Shown here: positions 1 through 11,308 of the stretch, piece after piece
Position numbering within the stretch: the stretch's first letter is position 1
How the letters are laid out: each line of letters starts with the position of its first letter
Assembly: GCF_001194135.2 (NCBI RefSeq)
Contig: NC_068982.1
Coordinates: forward strand, 86,699,904 to 86,741,125
From: Octopus bimaculoides
Lineage: Eukaryota
Length of the DNA stretch: 41,222 bases
Direction: 5' to 3'
Position numbers and translations under genes: made by a program
Notes under the pieces: model-generated
What the model was told of the DNA's origin: nothing
The model's input: the letters and a program-made list of their open reading frames with translations, nothing else
Databases searched by the model: none

Positions 1-235
1 AATCGTAAGAGGCAAATGCTTTAATTTATGACTTTTTATGTACGAGATTCATAGCCTCAATGTGAAAATTTTATTTTAAAAGGAACAGTGTTATAGAGAA
101 GCAAAGTTCGGCGGGCGGCTTTTGCCTTCTCTCATTATACCATCATATTTATCATCCATTTCATCTCATTAATGTTTTTGTCCAGCCCGTAGCTACTCTC
201 TGTGTACTGCCTTTATGGCAAATTGAAATGAAATA

Positions 236-568
236 AAGTAGCTTGCTTACCAACCACATAATTCCGGGTTCAGTCCCCCTGCGTGGCACTTTGGGCAAGT
301 GTCTTCTACTATAGCGAAAACCTTGAAAGGGGATTTGGTAGACGGAAATTGAAAGAAGCCTGTCGTATATATGTGTGTGTGTGTGTGTATGCTTGTGTGT
401 CTGTGTTTGTACCCCCACCATCGCTTGACAACCAATGTTGGTGTGTTTATGTCCCCATAATCAAGCGGTTCGGCAACAGGAACCGATAGGATAAATACTA
501 GGCTTAAAAAGAATAAGCCCTGGGGCCGAGTTTTCGACTAAAGGTGGTTCTCCGCAGTCAAATGATTG
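236..568 (+). mobile_element. tRNA-derived SINE (octopus OK/OR-type), 5'-truncated; its tail resumes at 1599-1625 after an LTR insertion
   Basis: Colinear with the fuller copy at 15477-15886: B-box-like GGGTTCAGTCCC, CTTGGGCAAGTGTCTTCTACTATAG, internal (TG)n, and 3' CAGTCAAATGA...ACTGAAA. Family name is from memory. Confidence 0.85.
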
Positions 569-1598
569 TGTAGCGAAGCTTCTCTCCACTCTGAGTTAAA
601 TATACATGAATGCGGACGTAGCAGATAACAGCTAGCCTTCGGCCGCATCTTTGGACCCTGTTGTATCCACCACTCTGATTAGTTGGTATTGGTGCATTTT
701 TGTATCTTGTTCTATTTCGCGCCAGGGTGCAAACTAACCAATCTCAGCCTTCTGATGGGGTCATGTGGAACAGTTTTCTGAACCTTTGTTTGAGCCGATT
801 ATTTCTCTTAAATAGCCAGCTTGTCTGCGCTGAAGTTTGTCTTGACCTTAGACCTTCTGAGGTTTAGCCGCTGACCACAGAGCACCAGCCAGTTCCAGCG
901 ACGACACGACACAGCTTCATGGAGATCCAACACTTCTTTCAACACTTTGCTGCAAACTCCATCTTCGTCGCCACTTCCAGCTTCTTAGCGTCTACACCGA
1001 CGTCTCTACGTACACACCACCAATAGCACCCGCACAGGTTCTCTCAACACTGTTTGTGTGAATATCTTCACCAAGGATAACAGCAAATTCAACCCGCGAG
1101 ACCTCCTGTACCAAGTAACCGGTCGCAGCATCGTAGTCTCAACTTCTCGGGCGACAGCATCTTTTCTCCGGCTCTGCTATACGGCCACGACTTCTTGTAC
1201 AGCACCTCTACTACTGTGTACCTTAGCTACGAACTGGTATTTCACATCCTTTTGTCTGAACTTTCTTCTAACGTCCTTATAGACTGTTTTCTATGCTCTG
1301 TATCTCTTGCATTCACATACACATATTTGTATACACACACACTCTTTGTTGACACGACAGCCTGTCTTATATTGTGTTTTATTATGTCGCATTCACACAC
1401 ACACACAGACGTTCTAGTTGACAACCAATAAAACCTTATTTTTATACATTGTTACCGGTTGAATCTCTCTCTTTTCTTGTTGGCATTTAACTCATTTTTA
1501 CCTCATTCCATCTTTTGCTTATTATTTTTGTGCCGACCGTGTGATGCGCTGAAGGAGCCATTCCTTCGTCACCTTCTCCTGGTTGCACGGTCGCTACA
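569..1598 (+). mobile_element. Solo LTR (~1030 bp), probably Ty3/Gypsy-type
   Basis: TG...CA ends with an 8-bp terminal inverted repeat (TGTAGCGA 569-576 / TCGCTACA 1591-1598). 4-bp TSD ATTG (565-568) / ACTG (1599-1602), where the SINE consensus reads ACTG. CCAAT at 738, TTAAATA near 808, AATAAA at 1427. No PBS or internal region follows. Confidence 0.8.
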
Positions 1599-1629
1599 AC
1601 TGAAATAAATAAAAGATTAAAAGAAAAGA

Positions 1630-1826
1630 TTGTGTGTGTATGTATATAGATATATATACGACAGGCTTCTTTCAGTTTCCGTCTCCCAAATCCACTCACA
1701 AGCCTTTGGTCGGCCTGAGGCTACAGTAGTCCCACTGCGTGGCTCAAGGTGCCACGCAGTGGGACTGAACCCGGAACCATATTGTTGTGAAGTATGTTTC
1801 TTACCACACAGCAACTCCTGCGCCTT
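1630..1826 (-). mobile_element. tRNA-derived SINE, 5' half
   Basis: Reverse complement of the head of the 15477 SINE (GGCGCAGGAGTTGCTGTGTGGTAAG...GGGTTCAGTCCCACTGCGTGGC). Confidence 0.85.
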
Positions 1827-1860
1827 ATCCTAATTCTTATGTATGTATGTATGTATAAAC

Positions 1861-2005
1861 ACTGGCATGGCTGTGTAGTTAAGAAGCTCGTTTATTAAGT
1901 ACGTGGTTTCAAGTTCAGTTCCACTGGGCAAATGTCTTCTATAGCCACTGGCCAACCAATTCCTTGTGAGTAAATTTGATAGACGTAAATTGTGCCGAAG
2001 GTCAT
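1861..2005 (+). mobile_element. Diverged SINE head
   Basis: GGCATGGCTGTGTAGTTAAGAAGC...AGTTCAGTTCCACTGGGCAAATGTCTTCTATAGCC aligns by eye to the same SINE superfamily. Confidence 0.6.
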
Positions 2006-4031
2006 TATACATGTGTACTTTTTCTCATACACGCACATGCATATGAATACTAATATAAATCTCCGTAATATATATATTGAGGGTGTATGTATGTATGTTA
2101 TATATTGTGTATGTGTGTGTGTGTGTGTGTATNNNNNNNNNNNNNNNNNNNNNNNNNNNNNNNNNNNNNNNNNNNNNNNNNNNNNNNNNNNNNNNNNNNN
2201 NNNNNNNNNNNNNNNNNNNNNNNNNNNNNNNNNNNNNNNNNNNNNNNNNNNNNNNNNNNNNNNNNNNNNNNNNNNNNNNNNNNNNNNNNNNNNNNNNNNN
2301 NNNNNTATATATATATATATATGCGCCTGCATGTATATCGCTTGAATAGAGAATTTACAGGCAGAGGATTTCAGTTAAGTTGAAAAGTGAAATCGATAAT
2401 TCTGTGGTAGTTGGTTAATGTGCAACAGGTAAAACTTAACAACATACTTCTACTCCTATTATGAACGAATCTTAGTAACTTAATTTGATCAATATGTAAT
2501 CGTTTAACCACTGTTAGAAGATGCAAATATATGACTATCTATGGTCATATATTTGCATTTTTTCTTGTTTAGTTTCTTTTCTGTTTCCTAGTGAGAGACA
2601 AGGATGAATGATTATCTTGATAAATTTTCATTTACATTGTGGATTCCTTCATCTGATAAATTATATTTATGGTTCTTTTTCATACAGCTTCACTTTTCTT
2701 AATATTGTTATTATTTTTGTTTAGCTCTATGTTAGACCCGCGTCTATTTCATGTTCAGGGAACCCACTTTACATAATCTTTTTTCTGAGACGGTAGGATG
2801 TAAGCTGGAGGTGTGGCAGTTATTTCTAGAAGATCGAGCGATCGCATTGAGGCTCTCTCGTAAGCTATCATTTGAAGGTGTGAGTGCGACAATTTAATGT
2901 CTCTCATGCTGAAATGCTGAACCTTTATGCTTCATTAAAAGAAAACTATTTCTACTGTGTGTTACAGTAGTTATCACTATAGCAACTATGCATTTACAAA
3001 TGTAGTAACAATAGCGTTTATCCGACTAACAACAAAGCAATAAAATACTTTATAACAAAAATCATAAAAATAATAGCTGTAAATACTGAGAAGATCAAAA
3101 GTGTAAGGCTTGTAGACAGTTGCAGTTTCATTAATAAGCTTTTTTTTTTTTTTTCAATGAAATTCATCTTAAAATCTCTTTATTAATTCTATTTTGTCGA
3201 TAGTAGGTCACGGCAAGTTCTTTCCATCATTAACGAAGAATATTTTTCTATATTGATCTCCAGTATTCCCCAGATGGTACTAATCACACGACTCTGTTCT
3301 AAATACCTATATAAACACGTTTCCACCAAGCATTTTTCAACCAAATTCATCTTTCTATTAACATTGCCCGATATCGATTTCCAATAAAATCATTAATTTG
3401 TTGTTAATATACGTTGTCTTGAGAAGAAACAGGGAAAAGAAATGTCAAATCTCTTAGAATAGGAGAATCATTATTTTGTTTTCAAATTTTTAGAATGTTT
3501 GGATAAGAAGAATAAGGTATCAAATTATTTTAATCGGGTATATTATCAATTAAGACACCTAGACACAGAAAGGGAGGGAGAGAAAAGAGAGAGAGAGAGA
3601 AACACAACCACACGCGCGCGTAACTTAGTATATTATCTGGAGTAATGGCTTTTTTTATGCTTCGAAGAAGAGGACTTATCCTGATTACGCAAACGATTAT
3701 CAAAAAACAAAAAAAAAAAACTGGTTAGAGAATCAAGTGACGAACAAGATGTCCTAGGGTGTCATATTTATACCAAGAATTTATTCGGACAAATAAACTC
3801 GTGCTTAACTCATTTACCTAGGACTCTATAAGAAAAACTAATGATTTTTTCATATTGACGACAATATGAAAATTGTAAATTTTTAGAGGAGGAGTATATC
3901 GATTGAATCGATCCTCTGTTACTTTATTCATCTCTGAGAATTGAAAGGTAAATGCGGTAGTGGCCGGCGGGATTTGAACTCAGAATTATTACAAGAATAG
4001 TAATGATTATCACCATACCATGACGAGTATA

Positions 4032-4537
4032 ATCATCATCATCATCATCATCATCATCGTTTAACGTCCGCTTTCCATGCTAGCATGGGTTGGACGATTT
4101 GACTGAGGACTGGTGAAACCGGATGGCAACACCAGGCTCCAATCTAATTTGGCAGAGTTTCTACAGCTGGATGCCCTTCCTAACGCCGACCACTCAGAGA
4201 GTGTAGTGGGTGCTTTTACGTGTCACCCGCACGAAAACGGCCACGCTCGAAATGGTGTCTTTTATGTGCCACCCGCACAAGCCAGTCCAGGGGCACTGGC
4301 AACGATCTCACTCGAAAATCCTACGGGAGCCAGTCAGGCGGTACTGGCAAAGGCCACGCTCAAAATGGTGCATCTCATGTGCCACCCGCACAAGAGCCAG
4401 TCCAGGGGCACTGGCAACGATCTTACTTGGCTTGCCGGGTCTTCTCACGCACAGCACATTTCCAAAGGTCTCGGTCAGTAGTCATCGCCTCGGTGAGGCC
4501 CAATGCACGAAGGTCTTGCCTCACCACCTCCGCCCAG
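4032..4537 (-). mobile_element. RTE-clade LINE 3' fragment (ORF end, 3' UTR, (GAT)n tail)
   Basis: Minus translation WAEVVRQDLRALGLTEAMTTDRDLWKCAVREKTRQAK*. 3' UTR has GGCGTTAGGAAGGGCATCCAGCTGTAGAAAC. (ATC)n at 4032-4058. Closely similar to 40924-41222. Confidence 0.85.
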
Positions 4538-4539
4538 TG

Positions 4540-5621
4540 GATGGGATGTTGAACAACATACCTAGAGAAAAGTAATATTTGTATCAGCGTTCGATATTGT
4601 CTTCGAGACTAAAACACAAAATAAAAAAATATTCAGCAGGTAACTATGGTTCACCAGTGTAGGCAAGGGGATCGCTGTATACTGAAGCAGGGTTTCTCTA
4701 GCTTGCAGTGCTGCCAAAGGAGAAGTAACTTTATCTCTCAATCTCAATTCAGATTCATCAATCATCTCGTTTTGCCTTGGACCTGAGTTTCGATTGTAAT
4801 CTACAGATCATAGCTCCAGATATGCCATAAATTCATATAGCTGAGGACCACACTTAACATTCTGATATACATTAGTTGGTACTTGTATGTAGTTCAGTGT
4901 CACAGTTTAACTATATTGAATGTTCTTTGTCCAGTCTGTTTCAGTAGGTTCTGGTGCTGGCCACAATGGAGTAAGGTGAAACATGATAGCTTCTGCCAGT
5001 TGGCGGACTGGCCAGGTTGCCAGCTTGCCCGATGGCAAGTGAACTCCTGCGCCCTTAGAATCCATATATGGGGGCCCATATTAGTATCTAAGGGTCCATC
5101 CCCTCAAGTTTGAGAATGTTTTATTCACTCCTGAAGAATGCATTAATTATTTCAGCCTGGCTGTGTTTGTAGATAGCTGAAAAGAATACTTTTAACAAAT
5201 AAATAAATAAATAAATGATAGTATTGTAGTTGTAGGTGGGCCCCCTTAGTCTCCTGGCAACCAATATTTTTAGACCCAGTCCGCCACTGGCTTCTGCTCT
5301 TCTGTAGCTATCGCAGTTGTAGGTCCCATTATAACGTTGGGAGCTAATGAGGCTTTAAATTCTACAACTTTTGTATGTACTTTTTTTTCTGGTGTAAGCG
5401 GAAGAGAAAATGCCTTGTCTGGAGGCCATTGTGCATATAGTGATAGGTATTATGAGAGCTATCGTCTACTAAACAATAAATTATACCTCTCATATGTCCA
5501 GTGGTCTCTCAATTTTTTTTTTTTATTCTTGTTTTGTTGTGAAGATGGAATGTGTGACTTGAGGGCAACTTGTGAAGCTGCAAAGTGCGCTGTTTTGTAC
5601 TCTTTGTAGTACTATGCTCAT
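4540..5621 (-). pseudogene. Decayed ORF of unassigned family, interrupted by a hAT MITE; possibly a transposon gene
   Basis: Removing 4997-5289 and one TSD copy gives a continuous frame YLSLYAQWPPDKAFSLPLTPEKKVHTKVVEFKASLAPNVIMGPTTAIATEEQKLSCFTLLHCGQHQNLLKQTGQRTFNIVKL. After a frameshift it reads YIQVPTNVYQNVKCGPQLYEFMAYLEL*SVDYNRNSGPRQNEMIDESELRLRDKVTSPLAALQARETLLQYTAIPLPTLVNHSY. No family recognised. Confidence 0.45.
4997..5289. mobile_element. hAT-type MITE (293 bp)
   Basis: TIRs CAGT(T)GGCGGACTGG / CCAGTCCGCCACTG. Perfect 8-bp TSD GCTTCTGC at 4989-4996 and 5290-5297. Internal GGGCCC motifs. Confidence 0.9.
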
Positions 5622-5632
5622 TTATGAGTGTA

Positions 5633-5708
5633 GGACAAAAGCCCCATAGTTAAAGTGTGAGAGTGGACAAAAGCCCCATAGTTAAAGTATGAGAGTGGAC
5701 AAAAGCCT
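5633..5708. repeat. Tandem repeat, 32-bp unit, about 2.4 copies
   Basis: GGACAAAAGCCCCATAGTTAAAGTGTGAGAGT starts at 5633, 5665 and 5697. Confidence 0.9.
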
Positions 5709-5777
5709 CACGGTTATATTTTACGGTTATTTTTTCGTTTTTTTCTTTTTTTTACCTTTTACTTATTTCAATCGAAT

Positions 5778-5938
5778 GGAGGTGCAATGGCCCAGTGGTT
5801 AGGACAGCAGACTCGCGGTCATAGGATCGCGGTTTCGATTCCCAGACTGGGCGTTGTGAGTGTTTATTGAGCGAAAACACCTAAAACTCCACGAGGCTCC
5901 GGCAGGGGATGATGGCAAACTCTTTTACCACAACTTCT
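5778..5938 (+). mobile_element. tRNA-derived SINE (second family), 3'-truncated where the LINE fragment begins
   Basis: A-box TGGCCCAGTGG and B-box GGTTTCGATTCCC, followed by GGGCGTTGTGAGTGTTTATTGAGCGAAAACACCTAAA. Confidence 0.8.
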
Positions 5939-8167
5939 CAGCAGACAGACCAGAAAGTGCAACAGAAGGGAAGGAGGAAAGAACAATGGAAGAAAAGAAC
6001 CAAACTACTGAGGAGATGGAGTTTACAACGGTGACTCATAAGCGTAAGAAGGCACAAGTCCTTGATTCCCCTCCTCAAACAAAAAACCCACAAAACACAC
6101 AGACACACAAAACCAAACTCCCCAGCCCAAGCCCACAGCAAAGACATTTGTCAAACCCTTCCCCAAACTACAGGTAAATACTATAGAGTTCTGGGAAAAG
6201 AACAAGCCGTTAGCGAGAGTCATTAGAGCACACCATGACACACAAGTGTTTAGAGTAATGAAAGAAACACAGACAGATGTTAGGTATGCAAAAATAAATG
6301 AGAAACTGTTTACGGATATGAAGGCAAGGTATCCGGAAGACATAAGAGACATAACTGCTGAAGTGGCGGAGGGTAAACATATTATAAGCCCGACTGCCAC
6401 ACCAAGGAAAAGCCCACCTAATAGAGAAAAGGACAGGGCGGTAGGCGAATTTGTACAGCCCCTCCCCAAACTGAAAATGTGAGTAATCTCTTTCCTTTTA
6501 TTTTTCAAAAATGATTAAGTTAGGGTGCATAAATGTGCATGGACTTGGGTCGAAATGGAAACAGGCTTGTTTCCTGGATGACCTCAGGACACGTGATATA
6601 GATGTAGCAGTCGCAACTGAGTCCAAGATGAGCGGATCACAAGCGTTCTCTCCTCTTCTGAATGACTATGAGAAATTTATTTCTCCTTGCCAACGAGGAG
6701 GGGGGAGCGTGGTGGCCTTATTCAGGAAGAACTTGGACTTGCAGGTAAGTACAGTCTTTCTGGACCCAGAAGGTAGGCTGGTTGTCCTAGGTGTAACTCA
6801 TGAAAGCAAATAATCCTTCAGGCTGGTAGCTGTCTATGCTCCTAACGAGCATGGGCAGTCGGGTTTTTTCGAGACCTGAAGCACTTTCTAGTGACATCTA
6901 AAATGGTAGTTCTGTTAGGAGACTTTAACACTATCCTCGATGCATGGGTGGATAGTGTTGGCTCGATTGATAGGAAAAGAAATCTTGGCCTCAAGGGTCT
7001 ATTAGAGAGCTTTAATCTAGTAGACTGTTACAGACTGGATGAGCCATTCATTCCACAGTGGACGTAGAGTAATAACGGCAACTCATGCAGATCTTACATA
7101 GGGTATTTGTTAAAGATAGAGATAAGGATACTTTTAGTTGTCCACAATTTGATATAATACCCTACACAGATCACAAATTTGTGATGTGTGAGGTACACTT
7201 AGATAAATGTCATAGACAGCAACCTGAGTACTGGAAGATGAACAAGTCTATTTTGACTTGTAAAGCTTTCCGTGCCCAGATCAAGGAGTTAGTACAGAGG
7301 GCACTGTGTGGTGCCATCATTAAAAATAGATGGTAGCATGCCCTCAGTGGGAATACAACCTCGGTTTTGTATAGAGGGCTGGTGGAATATAAAAACGATG
7401 ACAGCCTAGGAGGGGCTCTGGGGTCCGATGAAAACCAACTTACCAACCTATTCAAAAAAACTTTTGGGTCAGGGTTTTTGGATAATAACCAAAAATCCCT
7501 GACCTGGCAGTGTTACAGGAATGCTTTACCTGTTCAAGATAAGTTATCCAGGTATGGAATGTTGGTGCAAACGACATGTCCAAGATGTGGGATGGATGAG
7601 GAAACTGTCCAGCATGCTTTTGTACATTGTTAGGAGCTGTCAAACTTTATAATTTACGTCGAACACGTGTTGTTGCATCTGGGAAGAGTTCAGCTATCAG
7701 CTGGACTCTGGAAGGAAGGTGAGGTATGTTTTTTCTGTACAGTTGCGGTGCTGAAAGAATGTGTGTGGAAGACTAAGATGCAAGGATTCATGACACGGTC
7801 CTTCATTTCTGGCCCTAGTTTGCTACAATACTTCAGATATCATCTGAAGAGCAAGATAGGGCTGGAGAAAAGGACCCTGTTGAGAAGTGTGTTTGAGGAA
7901 AGATGGAAAGCTGTGTTAAGAAAGGTGGGTGCAAGGGACCCGGCTTAATCAGCTTTGGAAAAAAGGAGGAAATAAAAGAAAGGAGATAGCCACTGGGCCT
8001 TTGAGGCAACAGGGCATATCCTTTACTCATATAGAAAAAGACTATTTATTTCATCATCAATATTTTTAAATAATAGGTATCATTCGAACATATCCCAACA
8101 TTTTTTGTATGTATTGTCCTGTGCTGTCCCATCTATGTATTGATCTTTATGGTCGTAATAAAAAAAT
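5939..8167 (+). mobile_element. Tx1/L1-like LINE copy A: ORF1 C-terminus, APE endonuclease joined directly to the C-terminal zf-RVT region (RT deleted), 3' UTR
   Basis: ORF1 ends at 6482. ORF2 starts at 6511: MIKLGCINVHG, ATESK, VYAP, LGDFN, DRVF, TDHK, YWKMNKS. Junction near 7346 (HAL|SGNTTSVLYRGL), then WQCYRNALP and CPRCGMDEETVQHAFVHC. ORF stop at 7948. AATAAA plus A-run near 8157-8167. Several stops and frameshifts. Confidence 0.9.
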
Positions 8168-11100
8168 TCAGCTAGCAAGCCAAGCTACTCCAGACTGATG
8201 AAGAGCAAGTGTCTGAACAAGTCCGGCATACTATGATAAAATTCATAGGGCAGACCATCCAGCCCTGGCGACTTGTCCCCGGCGCATTCAGCTAGCATCT
8301 CCTCGACCTCCACAGCTGTAATCGGCCCTTCACAACATTCTGCCTCCAGTGCCGAGAGTCGCGGCCCGCCGACAAGGAAGCCTTTTAGGGACTCGCCATG
8401 GTCCAGCGCCCTGCTCATCCCAAACAGCCAGGTGAAATGTTGGTGAAAAGCCTTTTGCATCTCATCCTGTCCTTTGATCGTACACCCCTGCTCATCAATC
8501 AAAGACTTTATAGAGGCTTCTCTGCCTCTCCAACTCTCTACACAATGTGCCCATCCGGCAACGTTAGTACATTCTCTGCCCACTGCATGTAACTTAGCCC
8601 TGACTCTACACCCTTCGTGTTTAGCTTTGAGATGCCGGAACAAAACCACTCCCACTGCCATCACTCTGGATGAAGAGCCAGATTCCATGGCCTCCTCTAA
8701 TTCCTTAATTAGATTCCCTTCTATTCTAGTCTTCTCTAAACTTAGCTGTTTACTAAATCTAAGAGACTCAGAATGAATGGCTCACTTGAGGGTGCATCAC
8801 CATCTATCATTAATGATGGCACCACAAAATGCTCTCTGCACTAACTCCTTAACCCAGGCACAGAAAACTTTGCGAGTCAAGATAGACTTGTTCATCTTCC
8901 AGTACCCTGGTCTCTGTTTATGACACTTAACTAGATGCACCTCACACGTCACAAATTTGTGATCCATGTAAAGTACACAACAAAAGCGTGGACAACTAAA
9001 CATATTCCTATCTCTCTCTCTAATGAATATCCTATCTAAATAAGATCTGTATGAACCGTCATTATTAGACCACGTCCACTGTGGAACGAGCAGTTCATCC
9101 AGTCTATATCGATCTACTAGGTTATAGCCTGCTAGTAGCTTTTTTAGGCCAGGACTTACCCTTCTATCAGTCGAGCCAACACTATCCACCTGTGTGTCAA
9201 GAATAGTGTTAAAGTCTCCTGCTAAAACTAGAGAAAGCTCTCGAAAAAAACCCAGCTTGTCTACACTCCCTAGGAGCGTAAACAGCTACCAACCTGAACG
9301 ACTGCTTACTTGCGTGTGTCACATCTCGGATAACCGGCCTACCTTCTGGGTCCAGAAAGACTGTAGTTACCTGTACGTCCAAGTTTTTTCTGAACAAGCC
9401 CACCATGCCCCCACCTCTCCATCGACTAGGAGAATTAAATTTCTCATAGCCATTTAGCAGAGGTGAGGTGGCCCGTTCAGCTTGGACTCAGTCACCACAC
9501 ATATATCAATTTCTAGTGACCTGAGGTCGTCCAGGAGACAACTTTGCTTCCATTTCAACCCTAGGCCATGAACATTTATACAACCTAACTTAATTTCCAT
9601 GGTAAAAATAAGAAACTTACATTTTAAATATGGGGAGGGGCTGCACGAATTCGTCAACCTCCCCTTCCTTTTCTTTCTGAGGTGTAGCTGCTGGGCTAAG
9701 CACAAGTATTTTTGTTGGCCATCTCTTGGCTAACATCTTGTATGTCCTGTGGGTATCTCTCTTTAGATTGTTCAAATAGTTCTGTTTCTATCCTTGCCAA
9801 CCATATATTCGGTGGCATACTTTGTATTGGTTGAAAAATATAGGTTTTTTATGCGAAGTTATTATTTCTCTCTAGAACACAATTTCTCTCATTGTACATC
9901 ACAATCCTTTCTCCTAGTGCAATTTTAGGGGTGGGGTTGGTGGCGGGTTTCGACTTGGGGGTGGATTGGGGAGTTTTTTCCGTGTGTTTGCGTTTTGTGT
10001 AGATGTTTTCTTTGTCAGGGAAAGAGAATCTGGGGCATGAGCTTTTCTTCTTTTATGTGAAATCACTGGGGTAAATTTCATTTCCTCTTCAGCTTCTTTC
10101 TGTTGTGTGGTTTTTATGTTTTGTTTATTCCTTTCTTCTGCTTTTCCTGTGATGCTTTCCATTGCTTTCTTGTTACTTTCTTTTTGGAGAGGGACTTCAG
10201 CCTTTTTCTGTTGTCTTTTTTATTTTTTCACACTTTGAGTGGATGTGCCCTTTTTCTCCATATTTAAAACATCTGGGTTTCCGTCTCTCAACTGATACTC
10301 TGGCGCTCAGTCCCTCCCCTATAAAAATGCAGTCTGGCCTCGATTCGAGCACATTATTTGAGGCTTGAACCACCATCTCAACTGTTTGGTCTTTCCAGTT
10401 TAGAGCCTCTCACATTTTCATTTGGAGTATTGTTATTCCTTCTGCGTCGTAAATTATAGCCATCCATATTACATCATAACCAGCTGGTATCTCCTCTATT
10501 GTTATTTTTACAGTTCTCCAGCCTAGGTAGGTCAGGAGCAACATTATTTCATCACTTTTTAAAGTTTGCGTCAATATTTCTTTTGCTGTTTCAGAATTCT
10601 CGAATTGCATCTCAAAAGTGGCACTTCTTGGTCCTTGACCGACATAGGTAATTTTTCCTCATATAGGGGCGAGGCACTTCTCTACCACCTCATTCTTCAC
10701 TGACTTCTTTTTTCTTTACGGTTGTATATTTTGTATACTACCGTTCTGGCAGTTAAGTTTTGCATCATATCCTGTGGTGGCAGAAGTTTTGTTTTGTTGC
10801 CACTTTTCTTTATAAGGTTTCGAAACTTAAATAATTGTTCCTTAGACACCTCCAATTCACAGAAATTGTCACCAACAACAGCAGAGAAACTTGGCTTTTC
10901 CTTTCCTTCTCGGCTACCAACTTGGTTACTTTTTTCATTGCTGGGAAATCCTCCATTGAGAACAGAAAGTCGACATTCAATAACAGATTTCATTCCATTT
11001 TTACAAATGGCCTCCAAATTCCGGAAAAAAATCATAAATATTTTTGTCAAAAATAACAAAAATTAATTTTTTACCCTGCAACTGGTGAAAAAATCACAAA

Positions 11101-11308
11101 AAACAGTCCAACAAGTTACGCAGCAAACAATTTTCTGCCCTGTAGAGTGGAAATTTTCATCCAAACGATGACAACCGTTCAATTCCAACCAGAGCTCAAA
11201 CGTAAAAATTTCAACAGAAAAATCAACAACAAAGATCATTAACCAAATAAACTCACTAAGCAACAGCAGCTGAATGCAGAAGAGTGACAAGTCCCAGTTG
11301 GAAATGGA
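8168..11308 (-). mobile_element. Tx1/L1-like LINE copy B: 5' UTR, ORF1 with zinc knuckle, endonuclease, linker; breaks off at the start of RT
   Basis: ORF1 about 11059-9617 includes RKPRCFKYGEKGHIHSKC (degenerate CCHC). ORF2 ATG at 9600 (MEIKLGCINVHG). SYLDRIF, DHKF, YWKMNKS. Ends at KSPGLDGLPYEFYHSMPDLFRHLL. Confidence 0.9.

Noticed and set aside
161-489. Short ORFs over SINEs and microsatellites (also 1487-1833, 13238-13510, 15412-15714, 26662-27146)
   Set aside because: Translations of non-coding repeats with HT/CV/YI dipeptide runs.
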